NCBI GenBank assembly: GCA_965216875.1
Contig: OZ244207.1
Span: 3,616,001 to 3,680,000, forward strand
Direction: 5' to 3'
Origin: Rubripirellula sp.
GTDB lineage: Bacteria > Planctomycetota > Planctomycetia > Pirellulales > Pirellulaceae
Length of the DNA: 64,000 nucleotides
Under the pieces are notes generated by a model. That model saw only the letters and a program-made list of their open reading frames with translations. It searched no databases and was not told where the DNA came from. Below, piece by piece: positions 1-10,455 of this stretch; the stretch's first letter is position 1, and every line of letters begins with the position of its first letter. The translations under genes and the position numbers were made by a program.

Positions 1-653
1 CCATCTGCGTCGTCTCCGTAAGTACCTTGGTTAATCCACACCTGAATGCCGATGTGCCCTTGTGGGGTCATCGCTTCGGTGAAGCCGTAATCAATCTTTG
101 CTTGCAGGGTCGAAAGCGGAATCGAACCGGCGATCTGCTTTTCACGCCGAGCCATTTCAGCTCCGCCCAATCGACCCGCCATTTGGATCTTGATGCCCTT
201 GGCACCAGCGTCCATGGTTTGTTCGAGCGACCGCTTCATGGTGCGGCGGAAACTCGATCGTTTGGCAAGTTGTTGAGCAATGTCCTCAGCGACAAGCTGA
301 GCCTGCAATTCTGGTCGGCCAACTTCCTCAACCTTCAAGTTGATGCGTCGACCAATCAAGTTTTGGAGTTCGGCCTGGAGGATCTCGATCTCCTGGCCTT
401 TCTTACCGATGATCAGACCGGGTCGAGCGACGTACATCATCACGCGGACTTCGTCACGCGTTCGCTCGATTTCAATCCGGTCGATTCCGGCGTTCTTGTA
501 TTGGGTTTTCTTGGGGTGGTTGGTGATGAACTCGCGAAGCTTGCGATCCTCGACCAACAAATCGGCAAAGTCCTGCTTCGACGCATACCAACGACTGCTC
601 CAGCCGCGGGTGACGCCAGTTCGGAATGCGATTGGGTTAACTTTTTGACCCAT
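1..653 (-). CDS. rpsC: 30S ribosomal protein S3 (3' end runs off window)
   Basis: ATG at 653 reads MGQKVNPIAFRTGVTRGW; follows rplV in S10 order; absent from the ORF track because it has no stop in the window. Confidence 0.95.
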   Translation of the reverse strand, partial: MGQKVNPIAFRTGVTRGWSSRWYASKQDFADLLVEDRKLREFITNHPKKTQYKNAGIDRIEIERTRDEVRVMMYVARPGLIIGKKGQEIEILQAELQNLIGRRINLKVEEVGRPELQAQLVAEDIAQQLAKRSSFRRTMKRSLEQTMDAGAKGIKIQMAGRLGGAEMARREKQIAGSIPLSTLQAKIDYGFTEAMTPQGHIGIQVWINQGTYGDDAD

Positions 654-730
654 GATTTGCCTTTATGCTTTTTGCACCTGAATGCGTTTGGTCAATTTCC
701 TGTCACCGGCGGTCACCGGCGTGTTGTTTC

Positions 731-1093
731 CTAAAGCTCGTCAATCGGGGTCAGGCCAACGCGAATGTGGCTGCTGCGTTTCTTGATCATGAACGCAGTC
801 CCACGAGCACGAGGACGGATCCGCTTGAACATTGGCCCGCCATCAATGCGAACGTCGGTCACCACCAACTCTTCGATGCGGTGGCTGCGACCCTTGTTTT
901 GGTCGGGGTCTTGAGCGTTGCCGACAGCACTCTTGATCACCTTTTCCAACATGCGAGCACCACGCTGCGGCTGATACTTGAGCGTATCGAGCGCTTCGTC
1001 GGCGTACATGCCACGAACCAAATCCGCAACCAGTCGCACCTTCTGTGCACTGATTCGGGCGTTCTTGTGATATGCCGTAAATGTCGTTGCCAT
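731..1093 (-). CDS. rplV: 50S ribosomal protein L22
   Basis: ARISAQKVRLVADLVRG and RIRPRARG..IKKRSSHI motifs; start set at MATTFTA. Confidence 0.96.
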   Translation of the reverse strand: MATTFTAYHKNARISAQKVRLVADLVRGMYADEALDTLKYQPQRGARMLEKVIKSAVGNAQDPDQNKGRSHRIEELVVTDVRIDGGPMFKRIRPRARGTAFMIKKRSSHIRVGLTPIDEL

Positions 1094-1207
1094 TGTCAAT
1101 TCGCTTTCAACTTCGAGCGGCGTCTGCCGCAATTGTTTCGCGCTTTCTGTTTCGTCTTACCGAAGCCGTTTCAGGAAGGACTCAATCAAAGAAGACTGAA
1201 GCCAACC

Positions 1208-1480
1208 TTACTTCTTGCCGCCCTTACCGCCGTGACCTTTGAAGGTTCGCGTCGGAGCAAACTCGCCCAACTTGTGGCCGACCATGTCTTCAGTGACATG
1301 AACCTTCACATGCTTGCGACCGTCGTGAACCATGAACGTCACGTTCACAAACTCAGGAACAATCGTGCAAGCACGTGCCCAAGTCTTGATTGGCTCGTTG
1401 CTGTTCGTTTCCGCCGCCTTCTGAACTTTGAAGAACAACTTCGGATCGACGAACGGGCCTTTCTTGCTACTACGGCTCAT
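1208..1480 (-). CDS. rpsS: 30S ribosomal protein S19
   Basis: [12 protein letters not shown] ... [15 protein letters not shown]. Confidence 0.98.
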   Translation of the reverse strand: MSRSSKKGPFVDPKLFFKVQKAAETNSNEPIKTWARACTIVPEFVNVTFMVHDGRKHVKVHVTEDMVGHKLGEFAPTRTFKGHGGKGGKK

Positions 1481-1522
1481 TGAAAAACGTCTTTTCTATT
1501 TGCGTTAATACTTGTGTTCGGA

Positions 1523-2380
1523 TCAGTGCAGCTTCAGTTGACCGTACCGCTTGCTCTTGCGGCGACGAACAATCGAGCTGTTACTTGGTTTACGTTTTTG
1601 TCGAGTCGAACCACCCTTGGCACTCTTGCCCGATGGGCTCACTGGGTGACGACCGCCCTTGGTACGACCTTCACCACCACCGTGCGGGTGATCGATTGGG
1701 TTCATCGCGGTACCACGAACGTGTGGACGACGGCCGAGCCAACGAGCACGACCCGCTTTACCCAAGCGAACGTTCATGTGATCGCTGTTGCCAACCTGGC
1801 CAATCGTGGCACGGCAAACGCTTGGAACACGGCGAACTTCGCCACTTGGAAGTGAAAGCTGAGCCCAATCGGCCTCGCGTGCCATCAACGTGGCTTGCGT
1901 TCCTGCCGAGCGGCAAAGGACGGCACCACCACCAGCACGCAGCTCAACACAACAAACGGTCGTGCCGAGTGGAATGCGCTTCAGTGGCAGACAGTTGCCA
2001 ACGCTTGGTGGCGCGTCGGGGCCATTTTGAACGGTATCGCCAGCCTTCAAGCCAGCAGGTGCGATCACGTATCGCTTTTCGCCATCAGCGTATTTCAGCA
2101 GAGCGATGCGAGCGGTACGGTTGGGATCGTACTGGACCGAATCAACCACGGCAGGCATATCGTCTTTGACGCGACGGAAGTCGATCACGCGATACTTTTG
2201 CTTGTGACCGCCACCACGATGACGCGAGGTAATCTTGCCCTGGTTGTTGCGACCACCGGTTTTGCGCTTTGGCCGCAGCAAGCTCTTCTCTGGCTTGTAG
2301 CCAGGTGTCAGCTCGGCAAAGTCGCTGACCGACGCGTTGCGTCGCCCGGCGCTGGTCGGCTTGTAGATTCGAATTCCCAT
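1523..2380 (-). CDS. rplB: 50S ribosomal protein L2
   Basis: [38 protein letters not shown]. Confidence 0.99.
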   Translation of the reverse strand: MGIRIYKPTSAGRRNASVSDFAELTPGYKPEKSLLRPKRKTGGRNNQGKITSRHRGGGHKQKYRVIDFRRVKDDMPAVVDSVQYDPNRTARIALLKYADGEKRYVIAPAGLKAGDTVQNGPDAPPSVGNCLPLKRIPLGTTVCCVELRAGGGAVLCRSAGTQATLMAREADWAQLSLPSGEVRRVPSVCRATIGQVGNSDHMNVRLGKAGRARWLGRRPHVRGTAMNPIDHPHGGGEGRTKGGRHPVSPSGKSAKGGSTRQKRKPSNSSIVRRRKSKRYGQLKLH

Positions 2381-2441
2381 GTCAATTTTACGCTGTTAGC
2401 GGTTTTTTGATTGTGCGTTTGCTTTGGTCGAAGCAGTCGGC

Positions 2442-2765
2442 TTAGAAGAAGTCGATGCGATGATCTTCGTGAAGCTGAACGATTGCCTTCTTCCAATCGG
2501 AAGTTCGGCCGTACCGAAAACGGTAACGGCGAAGCTTGCCTTTGCGAGTCTGAGTGCGGACCTTCGTGACCTTCACGTCAAACAACTCTTCGACAGCCTT
2601 CTTGACGTCAAGCTTGGTGGCGTCGCGATGGATCTCGAAAGCGTACTGGTTGTTACGCGAGGCGCGGTGAACGCCCTTTTCGGTCACCAGCGGGCGAAGC
2701 AGAACCTGATGAGGCTCAAGCTGAATGCCGCCTTCTTTTTGTGCTGGAGGTTGAATCTTTGTCAT
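2442..2765 (-). CDS. rplW: 50S ribosomal protein L23
   Basis: RPLVTEK, VKKAVEELFDVKV, WKKAIVQL. Confidence 0.96.
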   Translation of the reverse strand: MTKIQPPAQKEGGIQLEPHQVLLRPLVTEKGVHRASRNNQYAFEIHRDATKLDVKKAVEELFDVKVTKVRTQTRKGKLRRYRFRYGRTSDWKKAIVQLHEDHRIDFF

Positions 2766-2817
2766 TTCAATTCACTTCTATTTTGCAAACCGAGCCATCG
2801 TTGTTTGGGCCACAAAC

Positions 2818-3465
2818 TCAGTTGTCGTCGCCCGGCTTGTTGAAGGAGCCATCTTTGATCTTGTCCAACGCTTCTTTCGTAACCAGCATGCGGCGTGGCT
2901 TGAGCACCGAGAGTGCATTGAGCTCACGCACAGGCTGAATCGAAACGCCCGCGATGTTACGACCACTCTTGTAAACCGAAACGTCGTGATCGGCCGTTGC
3001 GATCAACGTGGTGGTGCCTTCAAGCCCAAGTGCCTTGAGCGTGGCAGCCATCTTTTGCGTCTTGGGGCCATCGAACTTCAGGCCATCGACCACGACGACT
3101 TCGCCGTCGTCGATCTTGCTGCGAATCGCCATGCGAGTGGCGAGCCTGACAGCCTTGCGGTTGAGCCGATAGCTGTAGTCACGAGGCTTGACCGTGCGTG
3201 CAACACCACCACCGCGGCGAACGTTGGTTCGCTTGCTGCCGGCACGGGCGTTACCAGTACCTTTCTGGCGGTACAACTTCTTGGTCGAACCCGATACTTC
3301 ACCGCGAGTGCGAGTGTTGTGCGAGCCCTGACGAAGATTCGCCTGGTACATCACCACAGCATCGTGCAACAATTGCTTGTTGACGCGATCCGCGAGCTGC
3401 TCGGTATCGATTTCGTACTTTCCGACTTCGCTGCCGGCTTCGTCAAATACTGTCAACGTTGCCAT
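2818..3465 (-). CDS. rplD: 50S ribosomal protein L4
   Basis: RQGSHNTRTRGEVSGS, RQKGTGNARAGS; start MATLTVF just after the rplC stop. Confidence 0.96.
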   Translation of the reverse strand: MATLTVFDEAGSEVGKYEIDTEQLADRVNKQLLHDAVVMYQANLRQGSHNTRTRGEVSGSTKKLYRQKGTGNARAGSKRTNVRRGGGVARTVKPRDYSYRLNRKAVRLATRMAIRSKIDDGEVVVVDGLKFDGPKTQKMAATLKALGLEGTTTLIATADHDVSVYKSGRNIAGVSIQPVRELNALSVLKPRRMLVTKEALDKIKDGSFNKPGDDN

Positions 3466-3467
3466 GA

Positions 3468-4163
3468 TCAACCCACCTTGTTCGTTTCGCGAATGGTAAC
3501 GAAGCCGCCATTTGGGCCAGGCACGGCACCGCGAACGAGCAACAAATTGTTTTCTGCGTCGACGCGAACCAACTCGAGGTTTCGCGACGTGGTTTTCGCA
3601 TTGCCATACTGGCCCGACATGCGAATCCCCTTGAACAAACGGCTTGGCGACGCACTGCAACCGGTACCCCCGGCGTGACGGTGCACCTTCTTGACACCGT
3701 GCGAAGCACGCTGGCCGCTAAAGTTGTGCCGCTTCATTACACCCGAGAAGCCGCGACCTTTGCTGGTGCCGGTCACATCAACCTTCTTGACCTCAGCAAA
3801 CTGCTCGACGGTCACGGTCGCACCGACCTCAAGATCCGATTCACCACGAAACTCGCGGATGAATCGCTGCGGCTCACAATCGGCCTTAGCAACAACCTCG
3901 ACGCCATTTTCGGCACGCTTCTTCGAGCGTTTGCTGTCGAGTTTTGCGACGTGGCCCCGCTCACTGCGGCTGGCCAATCGACGCGGCTTATCTTCGAAAC
4001 CTAGCTGAACTGCTTGGTATCCATCACGTTCTTGACTACGGACCTGCAGGACGTGACACGGACCAGCCTGAATCACGGTCACGGGCACAACCCGACCGTC
4101 TTCCAAGTAAACCTGAGTCATCCCGACTTTTCGGCCGAGGATTGATGGTGACATATCTTTCAT
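3468..4163 (-). CDS. rplC: 50S ribosomal protein L3
   Basis: ILGRKVGMTQ, DVTGTSKGRGFSGVMKRHNF; start could be 4154. Confidence 0.97.
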   Translation of the reverse strand: MKDMSPSILGRKVGMTQVYLEDGRVVPVTVIQAGPCHVLQVRSQERDGYQAVQLGFEDKPRRLASRSERGHVAKLDSKRSKKRAENGVEVVAKADCEPQRFIREFRGESDLEVGATVTVEQFAEVKKVDVTGTSKGRGFSGVMKRHNFSGQRASHGVKKVHRHAGGTGCSASPSRLFKGIRMSGQYGNAKTTSRNLELVRVDAENNLLLVRGAVPGPNGGFVTIRETNKVG

Positions 4164-4407
4164 CTCGCCCTGCGATTAACAGGACGCCCGTCATTCGTTG
4201 ATGGATTCCAAGTTCGCCTAGCCGAACCACCAATACCGCAACACAAAACCAACCAGAAGACCAGAAGGGGGTTACGTACTGAGGTTATCGACCGGCTTCC
4301 GTTCATTCGGAAAACCGTCGTCTACATCAAAGTGCATCACCGCCGAATCAATTTCGCCCGAGCAACTCACTCGGGATGACCGGCGACTTCCGCCCCAGTC
4401 CAACCAA

Positions 4408-4734
4408 CTATCGAGCCGACGCCTTGATCTTGATGTCGACACCAGCTGGCAGGCTGAGTTTATTGAGTGCTTCAATCGTCTTGGCCGAAACCTCGACGAT
4501 GTCAATCAGTCGCTTATGGGTGCGGATCTCGTACTGCTGACGTGATTTCTTGTTCACAAAAGGACCCGACAAAACCGTGTACCGCTCAACGCGTGTCGGC
4601 AATGGAATCGGGCCGTGAACCACACTGTGAGTTCGCTTGACCGTATCAACAATCTCTTGGGCGCTCTGGTCCAGCACAGAGTGATCATAGGCTTCCATTC
4701 GGATTCGAATGACTTCACTTGGTCCGGCTGACAC
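4408..4734 (-). CDS. rpsJ: 30S ribosomal protein S10
   Basis: [30 protein letters not shown]; probable GTG start at 4734. Confidence 0.96.
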   Translation of the reverse strand: MSAGPSEVIRIRMEAYDHSVLDQSAQEIVDTVKRTHSVVHGPIPLPTRVERYTVLSGPFVNKKSRQQYEIRTHKRLIDIVEVSAKTIEALNKLSLPAGVDIKIKASAR

Positions 4735-4928
4735 AGTTAACGTTCCAACAGAGAAAATGTGATACAGTGAAAAACTTGTCGCTCCACACGCCTCGTGCCG
4801 ATGCCCAAACTTGAGGGAACGACCTAGAGGACCGTAGCGAGAAGCGACGGTGTGAAGCAGGGCAGGCTGCCCAGCTTCGTCACAGCAGAAATCCGCTGAC
4901 CCGCAAGTGTTCACCACTCGCGGGGAAG
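4735..4928 (-). promoter_or_regulatory. structured 5' leader of rpsJ (candidate ribosomal-protein leader)
   Basis: Consecutive hairpins on the minus strand: CCCGCGAGTG/CACTTGCGGG, CAGCGG/CTGCTG, GAAGCTGGGCA/TGCCCTGCTTC, ACCGT/ACGGT, GTCGTTCC/GGAGCGAC. Confidence 0.5.
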
Positions 4929-4934
4929 CGGGAA

Positions 4935-4963
4935 AATTTAAGGCGAGTCGCATTTGCCGTCAA
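4935..4963 (-). promoter_or_regulatory. sigma70-type promoter of the S10 operon
   Basis: Minus strand TTGACG-17 nt-TAAATT about 200 nt upstream of rpsJ. Confidence 0.7.
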
Positions 4964-5066
4964 CGGCTGTTGCAGGTTTACTTCCAGAAATCTTCCCGAT
5001 TCTTTTACACCCACGTTCGCTGGTCTTTGCAGCCTGCCCAATCTCCCCTCGAAGCCGTTTTTGTTG

Positions 5067-5585
5067 ATGTCTCCAGACGCCCAGGACCCGCAAAACCTTC
5101 AATCATCCCCCGACCCGGACGGATTAACAGAGCCGCTGGTCGCCGAAGTGATCGAAACTGCAAACACCCCCTGGCCTCACCCGAAATGGTTGAAGTTGCT
5201 TGCATTTCTGGGCGCCGCCATCCCGCTTTCTCTGCTCGGGGTCGCCAGCCAACTCGAACCCGCATCTGCAGGACTGGGCACTCACCAGCAATTGGGGCTC
5301 CCACCCTGCTCGATGCGGGTGATGTTTGGACTTCGCTGCCCTGGCTGCGGGATGACCACGTCGTGGGCCTACTTTATGCGTGGATCGTGGGTCACCAGCG
5401 CGATGACTAACCTCGGTGGTTTTTTGCTTGCAATCTACTCACTCGCTTTCGCCCTTTTCTCCATCCGCAGCTTCTTTTCGGGCGAACTGCCGGGCTACCG
5501 CACTCAGGTGACCTTCGTCTACGCGATCGCAACCGTCGCCGCGATCACGGCGGTCGACTGGATCGTGCGACTCACCATCGCCTAG
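5067..5585 (+). CDS. DUF2752 family membrane protein
   Basis: GTHQQLGLPPC...RCPGCGMTTS motif plus hydrophobic segments. Confidence 0.8.
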   Translation: MSPDAQDPQNLQSSPDPDGLTEPLVAEVIETANTPWPHPKWLKLLAFLGAAIPLSLLGVASQLEPASAGLGTHQQLGLPPCSMRVMFGLRCPGCGMTTSWAYFMRGSWVTSAMTNLGGFLLAIYSLAFALFSIRSFFSGELPGYRTQVTFVYAIATVAAITAVDWIVRLTIA

Positions 5586-5697
5586 TGCATACCGAATTCC
5601 TCCTTCTACAGGCGTAGTGGACGAGGCCGCGAGTCCCTGAATCGCCCCAAGGCTCCCCCCCCCAAAACCGAGTGCCTGTCCCCCAAAACCGAGTGAA

Positions 5698-5806
5698 CAC
5701 TCTCCCTTGGGAGAGTCGGGCTCTAAGGCCCGGAGAGGGTCTGTTCTGCCACAATCATTCCCTCCCCGGACTTTGCGTCCGACCCTCCTGCAAGCGGGAG
5801 GGTGAT
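5698..5806. repeat. ~110-bp palindromic REP/BIME-like element, copy 1 of 3
   Basis: cactctcccttgggagagtcgggctctaaggcccggagaggg...accctcctgcaagcgggagggtgat; recurs at 8708 (inverted) and 12061. Confidence 0.85.
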
Positions 5807-5833
5807 CGCTGGAGACTCCACTTGCGGCGAGTG

Positions 5834-5901
5834 CCCGAGGCCTCACGACCGGCGCCTCACGACCGGCGGCTCACGGCCGGCGGCTCACGCCCCGCCGCTC
5901 A
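5834..5901. repeat. short tandem 13-nt units (cggcggctcacgg-like) of the GTGAG/CTCAC REP family
   Basis: gcctcacgaccgg gcctcacgaccgg ggctcacggccgg ggctcacgcccg. Confidence 0.6.
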
Positions 5902-5985
5902 CACTTGACAGGTGCTTCGCAAACTTCGTAGGTACCGACAACAACACGTGTTTTGTCGAATAGTTGAGCGAAAGGAATCGCCCAG

Positions 5986-6672
5986 ATGAGGACCCCGCCA
6001 TCGAACCGCACGCCGTCCTGGCGATCGGCTACCTCTCATACCGTGGCCGCTGGCCTGCTGGCCGTGATCATGCTTTCCCAGCCCGGGTGCTTGGGAATGG
6101 TTTCCAACCTGATGCATATGGTCGGCGCCGACATGGTCCCCGCAGCCTGCGAGGAACTCGAGCACAGCCGGGTTGCGATCTACACGACCACCGAAAGCAC
6201 CGACTACAAAGCCGATCCTGCGGCCGAACTGCTCAGCAAACAGGTCGCTGCTGTCCTGACCATGAAGGTCAAGAAAATCAAGCTTGTCCGCAACGACGAG
6301 ATCGTTGACTACCGAGACCGAACGGGCTGGGAAAGCGTCGATTTGGTGAAAATGGGCCAAGCAACCAAAGCGGACTACGTCGTCGCCATCGATCTCAAGG
6401 ACCTAAAACTCCGTGAAGGCAAGACGATGTTCCGCGGCACGGCATCAGTCGAAATCAACGTTTACGACGTCGAGTCCGACTCGGTGATCTACACCCGCAC
6501 CGTGGACGACTACATGTTTCCGCGGGTTGCTGGCCAGCACGTCAGCGAAACCGACGAAAAGCGGTTCCGCAAGCTTTACCTGACCATGCTCGCCCAAGAG
6601 ATCGGCCGGTCTTTCCACGCCTACGACTTTGCCGACACGTTTGCCCAAGATGGCTTGATCGCAAGCCAGTGA
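5986..6672 (+). CDS. putative lipoprotein, hypothetical
   Basis: Hydrophobic stretch ending in QPGC (lipobox-like); 228-aa ORF with coding-like composition. Confidence 0.7.
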   Translation: MRTPPSNRTPSWRSATSHTVAAGLLAVIMLSQPGCLGMVSNLMHMVGADMVPAACEELEHSRVAIYTTTESTDYKADPAAELLSKQVAAVLTMKVKKIKLVRNDEIVDYRDRTGWESVDLVKMGQATKADYVVAIDLKDLKLREGKTMFRGTASVEINVYDVESDSVIYTRTVDDYMFPRVAGQHVSETDEKRFRKLYLTMLAQEIGRSFHAYDFADTFAQDGLIASQ

Positions 6673-6745
6673 GGCGCGGGTTCGTTTTTTGCAAGAGTAG
6701 CGGACGGAGACTCGTTGCCTCGTCCACTACTAAGATAGGTCGGCT

Positions 6746-8425
6746 CTACAGACCGAGCTCGTCTTCGGCGGGTGGCGCTGGGGCTGCGACCGCCTTGGCT
6801 GCCGCGGCTGGTTCCTCACCGCCACCGAGCAAATCTCGCAGCTCGTCATCGGCTGCTGCGTCGGCTGCCTTTTTGTTGGCCTTGTCGACCGACCCACCAA
6901 GTGCCTCGATCTCCGCAACAAGCGCTTCGAGGTAGGTCTCACGTTTGTCGAGCGCCGGATCATTCAGCGTTTCGAGCAATACCGCGGTCTTGTCGACCCA
7001 AGCTTCGATCTTTGCTTTGTCGGCATCATCGACCATCGCAAGCATTCCGCCTGGCGTTGAGGGCATTCCCGAGGTTGGCTTGCCGGTGACACCGAGGTGG
7101 ATTTGCTGAATGACATGATTGAGCTTGCGGCGCGAGGCGATGACCTCGGGCGGCTGAGGATTGGTGATGGTTCCGATTCCTCCGGGGCCCTCACCACCCA
7201 TCATCATCATCATCATCATGTTTTCCTGTTCCATGTAATCGGCATCGGACGGCCCTTCCATCATTTCGCCGTCGCCACCCATCATGGCCATCATCATCGC
7301 TTCCGCGTTTTCTGGACCGCCCATCATGCTCGGCCCCTTCTTTTCGGGCTCGCGTTTGTTGCGCAAAAACTCGCCGGGTGTCGGTGGCTGAAGCTTGGCC
7401 TTCGGAATGCGTTTGAGGGCTTCCAGACGGGCAACCTCTGATTGAAAAGCTTCCACAATTCGGCCCGACCATGCGTCCAAAACCTGATCCGTGTTCTTCA
7501 CTTGCCCTTTCATCGTCTCGCCCATCGTCCCGAGTTTGGCGACCGAATAGAGCGCGATTAACGCCGGTTTGTCGCTCTCGGTGCTGATGCTGACCAATTG
7601 AGTTCCCAGCGATGGATCCTCTGGAGCACGCGTCATGTTCAAAATATCGACGGCAAAGCGCTGCAAGTACGCGTGTGCCTCGGGCGAACGTCCGGCTGGG
7701 GGTTCGGCGGCAAGCAAAGCCTTCATCTCGGTTTCGACCTTGGTCTTGTCCGCAGCGGGCAGGTTGCGCAAAAGGGCGTGGCGGCGAATCCCCTGCAGAG
7801 CCGCGGCGCGGACACCATCGGGATTGTTCTCGTCTTCGTAGGCCTTCATCAAAATGGGGAAGGTGTTCGGCAACGGACGGGGCGGCGTCTGTGCAACCTG
7901 GTCAGCCGCAGCGGCGTCGAGCCGACCGAGCACCAAAAGTGCATTGACCCGCGCGGGTGGATGGTAGTTGCCTTGAGCAACCTTGCTCATCCCATCGAAC
8001 ATCCACCTCAAGATCTGCGGAGCCTTGGGGTTCTTGGAACGCTGGGCACGGCTGAGCAAGGCGGAAGCGTTGCCGACCATGTCGCCCATCTCACCAAGCA
8101 TCTTGGGGTCGGTCATCTTGGCTGGCACAAATGTCTCAAAGTACATCTTCGCGAGCACTGGATTGGACTGGCCAACCCCAGCAAAAGCGCGAGCCTGAGT
8201 CTTCATCTTCTTCTGGTTTTCTTCCAGATCGTAGGCCTGATGCAGCTTGATCACGTCATAGCCCTTCTTCGCTGGCTCCTGGCCATTGGCGGAAAGGCAG
8301 GCCAACGCAGCAACGAAAAGGGTCAGCACGAAAGCCACGACGGTGGCCTGACGGCCAGCGTTAGGCCGCGCGGCAGCGACAGCTTGAGAGGGTACGTTCC
8401 ATGTTGGCAGGCTGGTTTGGCTCAT
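6746..8425 (-). CDS. secreted hypothetical protein with Met/Gly-rich low-complexity segment
   Basis: Signal-like hydrophobic N-terminus, helical body, AMMMAMMGG and ENMMMMMMMGG; start uncertain. Confidence 0.75.
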   Translation of the reverse strand: MSQTSLPTWNVPSQAVAAARPNAGRQATVVAFVLTLFVAALACLSANGQEPAKKGYDVIKLHQAYDLEENQKKMKTQARAFAGVGQSNPVLAKMYFETFVPAKMTDPKMLGEMGDMVGNASALLSRAQRSKNPKAPQILRWMFDGMSKVAQGNYHPPARVNALLVLGRLDAAAADQVAQTPPRPLPNTFPILMKAYEDENNPDGVRAAALQGIRRHALLRNLPAADKTKVETEMKALLAAEPPAGRSPEAHAYLQRFAVDILNMTRAPEDPSLGTQLVSISTESDKPALIALYSVAKLGTMGETMKGQVKNTDQVLDAWSGRIVEAFQSEVARLEALKRIPKAKLQPPTPGEFLRNKREPEKKGPSMMGGPENAEAMMMAMMGGDGEMMEGPSDADYMEQENMMMMMMMGGEGPGGIGTITNPQPPEVIASRRKLNHVIQQIHLGVTGKPTSGMPSTPGGMLAMVDDADKAKIEAWVDKTAVLLETLNDPALDKRETYLEALVAEIEALGGSVDKANKKAADAAADDELRDLLGGGEEPAAAAKAVAAPAPPAEDELGL

Positions 8426-8707
8426 GCACTTCACCTTCGGAGCAGGACCGTGAAAACGGACTCGACGGGAGATGTCGATCGGAAAAGACAAGACATGCCT
8501 CGATTATCTCCGAAACCCCCGCATTCCGTCAAACAAAATCGGCAAACGGAGAGACGGAATTGGTGCGGAAGCGACGATTATCCGCATTTTTGCCCCTCAG
8601 ATTGCCGCGTTTGGGCGAGCCGCGACGCTTGCAGCCCCAAAAGCACGATTGTGAGCCGCACGCGCTAGCGTCGGGCCCTACGAAAACCGGCCCACCGTGC
8701 TCCGACA

Positions 8708-8815
8708 ATCACCCTCCCGCTTGCGGGAGGGTCGGACGCAAAGTCTGGGGAGGGAATGAGTTTCGAAAACAAACCCTCTCCGGGCCTTAGAGCCCGACTC
8801 TCCCAAGGGAGAGTG
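8708..8815. repeat. ~110-bp palindromic element, copy 2 (inverted), inside a repeat cluster spanning 8651-8985
   Basis: Reverse complement of 5698-5806; flanked by gtgagccgcacgcgctagcgtcgggccc and its inverse. Confidence 0.85.
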
Positions 8816-8989
8816 TTGAATTCGAAGCGTGGTGGAAGCGCAATTGCAATCCGCAGCACTAGCGCGTGCGGCTCACGGGCTGGGGACGCGGAGCGTCCGA
8901 AGAGTGCGTTACCACGCGGAGCGGGGTAACGAGGTCTGAATCGAAAGAGTGTGGGGCCCGACGCTAGCGCGTGCGGCTCACGGGCCGGT

Positions 8990-10288
8990 TCACACCAGTT
9001 TGTACTTGCCTGGCTGAGGCACGCTCACCTCGGGCGCGTCGCCCCAGCTGTATTCGGCCGGGCGCAGATCCTGCTTGCTCTCGGCGACCTCTTTGTAGGT
9101 CAGCCGCCGTCCGCTGTAGCAGACTTCGCGGCCCAAAATCGCCATCAGCGTGCTTCGACACATGTAGCTGCCGTTGTTGATCCTGGGTCGATCACCGCGG
9201 ATCGCTTTGAAAAACTCATTCTGCTCGGCTTGATGCATCTGCACCGAGTCGCCTTCAAACTTCCACGGTTTGTCGCCGTAGACCTGGTGTTTGATCAGTT
9301 TGGCGTGTCCGGCCGAACCGTAGACATAGTCTTCGGTCTGGTTGAAACAGCCTGACATTTGCCGAGTCTGGGCGTACGTCCTTGTTCCGTCGGCCCATTC
9401 GTAGACGATCGAGAAATGATCGTAGACATCGCCCTGGGTCGCGTCACTTCGACGTTGCCTTCCGCCGATGCCATAGGCGTTCGTGGGTGGCTCGTCGTTG
9501 CGCAGCCAAAGGGCTTTGTCGAGGCTGTGAATGAACTGTTCGACGATGTGATCGCCCGAAAGCCAATTGAAGTAGTACCAATTGCGGCACTGGTATTCCA
9601 TTTGGCTTTCCCCTGGCCGGCGCGGACGAACCCAGACAGGATTGGTCAGGTAGTCCGCCTGGGTCGAGACGATTCGGCCGATCGCTCCCGATTGGATTTG
9701 GCCAATCGTTTGCTTGAGCCCCTCGTCATAGCGCCAACAAAGGCCACTGACGACATTCAATCGCTTCTCATCGGCCAGCCGGCATGCTGCTTCGACTCTT
9801 CGCACGCCCGTCGCATCGGTTGCCACCGGTTTTTCACAGAAGATTTCTTTGCCCGCATCGACGGCTGCCTCGATATGGTCAGGGCGGTAATGTGGCGGCG
9901 AAGCCAAAAGAACAACATCGACATCCGAGGCGAGCAGTTCCTTGTAGGCATCGAACCCGACGAAACAGGTCTCGTCGGTGACCTCAAACTGGTCTTTGGT
10001 TTTCGGATTCCTGCTCAGCGATCGACGGCAATTGACGATCGACGACTCAAACAGATCGGCCAAAGCAACGATTCTCACATCCGGATCGGCCTGCATCGCG
10101 TTGATCGCAGCACCGCTTCCGCGCCCACCACAACCAACCAATCCGACTCGGATTCGCGAAGTGTCCGACGCGTGGACCCAGGGGGCGGAAAGAGTGATTG
10201 CACTTGTCCCAGCGGCCGTTCGCATGAGAAAACTACGGCGAGACGTTGATGATTGCGTGCTAGACGGTGAAGATTGTTTACTGTTCAC
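8990..10288 (-). CDS. Tat-exported Gfo/Idh/MocA family oxidoreductase
   Basis: SRRSFL twin-arginine motif, VGLVGCGGRG, CEKP; GTG start preceded by AAGGA. Confidence 0.9.
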   Translation of the reverse strand: MNSKQSSPSSTQSSTSRRSFLMRTAAGTSAITLSAPWVHASDTSRIRVGLVGCGGRGSGAAINAMQADPDVRIVALADLFESSIVNCRRSLSRNPKTKDQFEVTDETCFVGFDAYKELLASDVDVVLLASPPHYRPDHIEAAVDAGKEIFCEKPVATDATGVRRVEAACRLADEKRLNVVSGLCWRYDEGLKQTIGQIQSGAIGRIVSTQADYLTNPVWVRPRRPGESQMEYQCRNWYYFNWLSGDHIVEQFIHSLDKALWLRNDEPPTNAYGIGGRQRRSDATQGDVYDHFSIVYEWADGTRTYAQTRQMSGCFNQTEDYVYGSAGHAKLIKHQVYGDKPWKFEGDSVQMHQAEQNEFFKAIRGDRPRINNGSYMCRSTLMAILGREVCYSGRRLTYKEVAESKQDLRPAEYSWGDAPEVSVPQPGKYKLV

Positions 10289-10455
10289 GTCAATTCCTTG
10301 CGACGATCGGGCGTGTCGAAGTCGACCTGGTAGGTCGAAAGGCAGGGCCCAGGAAAAATCCAGGGCACAGCTCAAAGGCGGGGAAGTGAAGGGCAGTAGC
10401 CGAGACGTCATGCATCATCGGCGAGATGGACCATCACGGAAGGACAGTCTACCCC

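Noticed and set aside
27..4004. Long plus-strand ORFs (27-734, 665-1483, 2986-3678 and others)
   Set aside because: Antisense shadows of ribosomal protein genes; the same applies to 7598-8668, 31014-32210, 34889-35836 and 49779-51119
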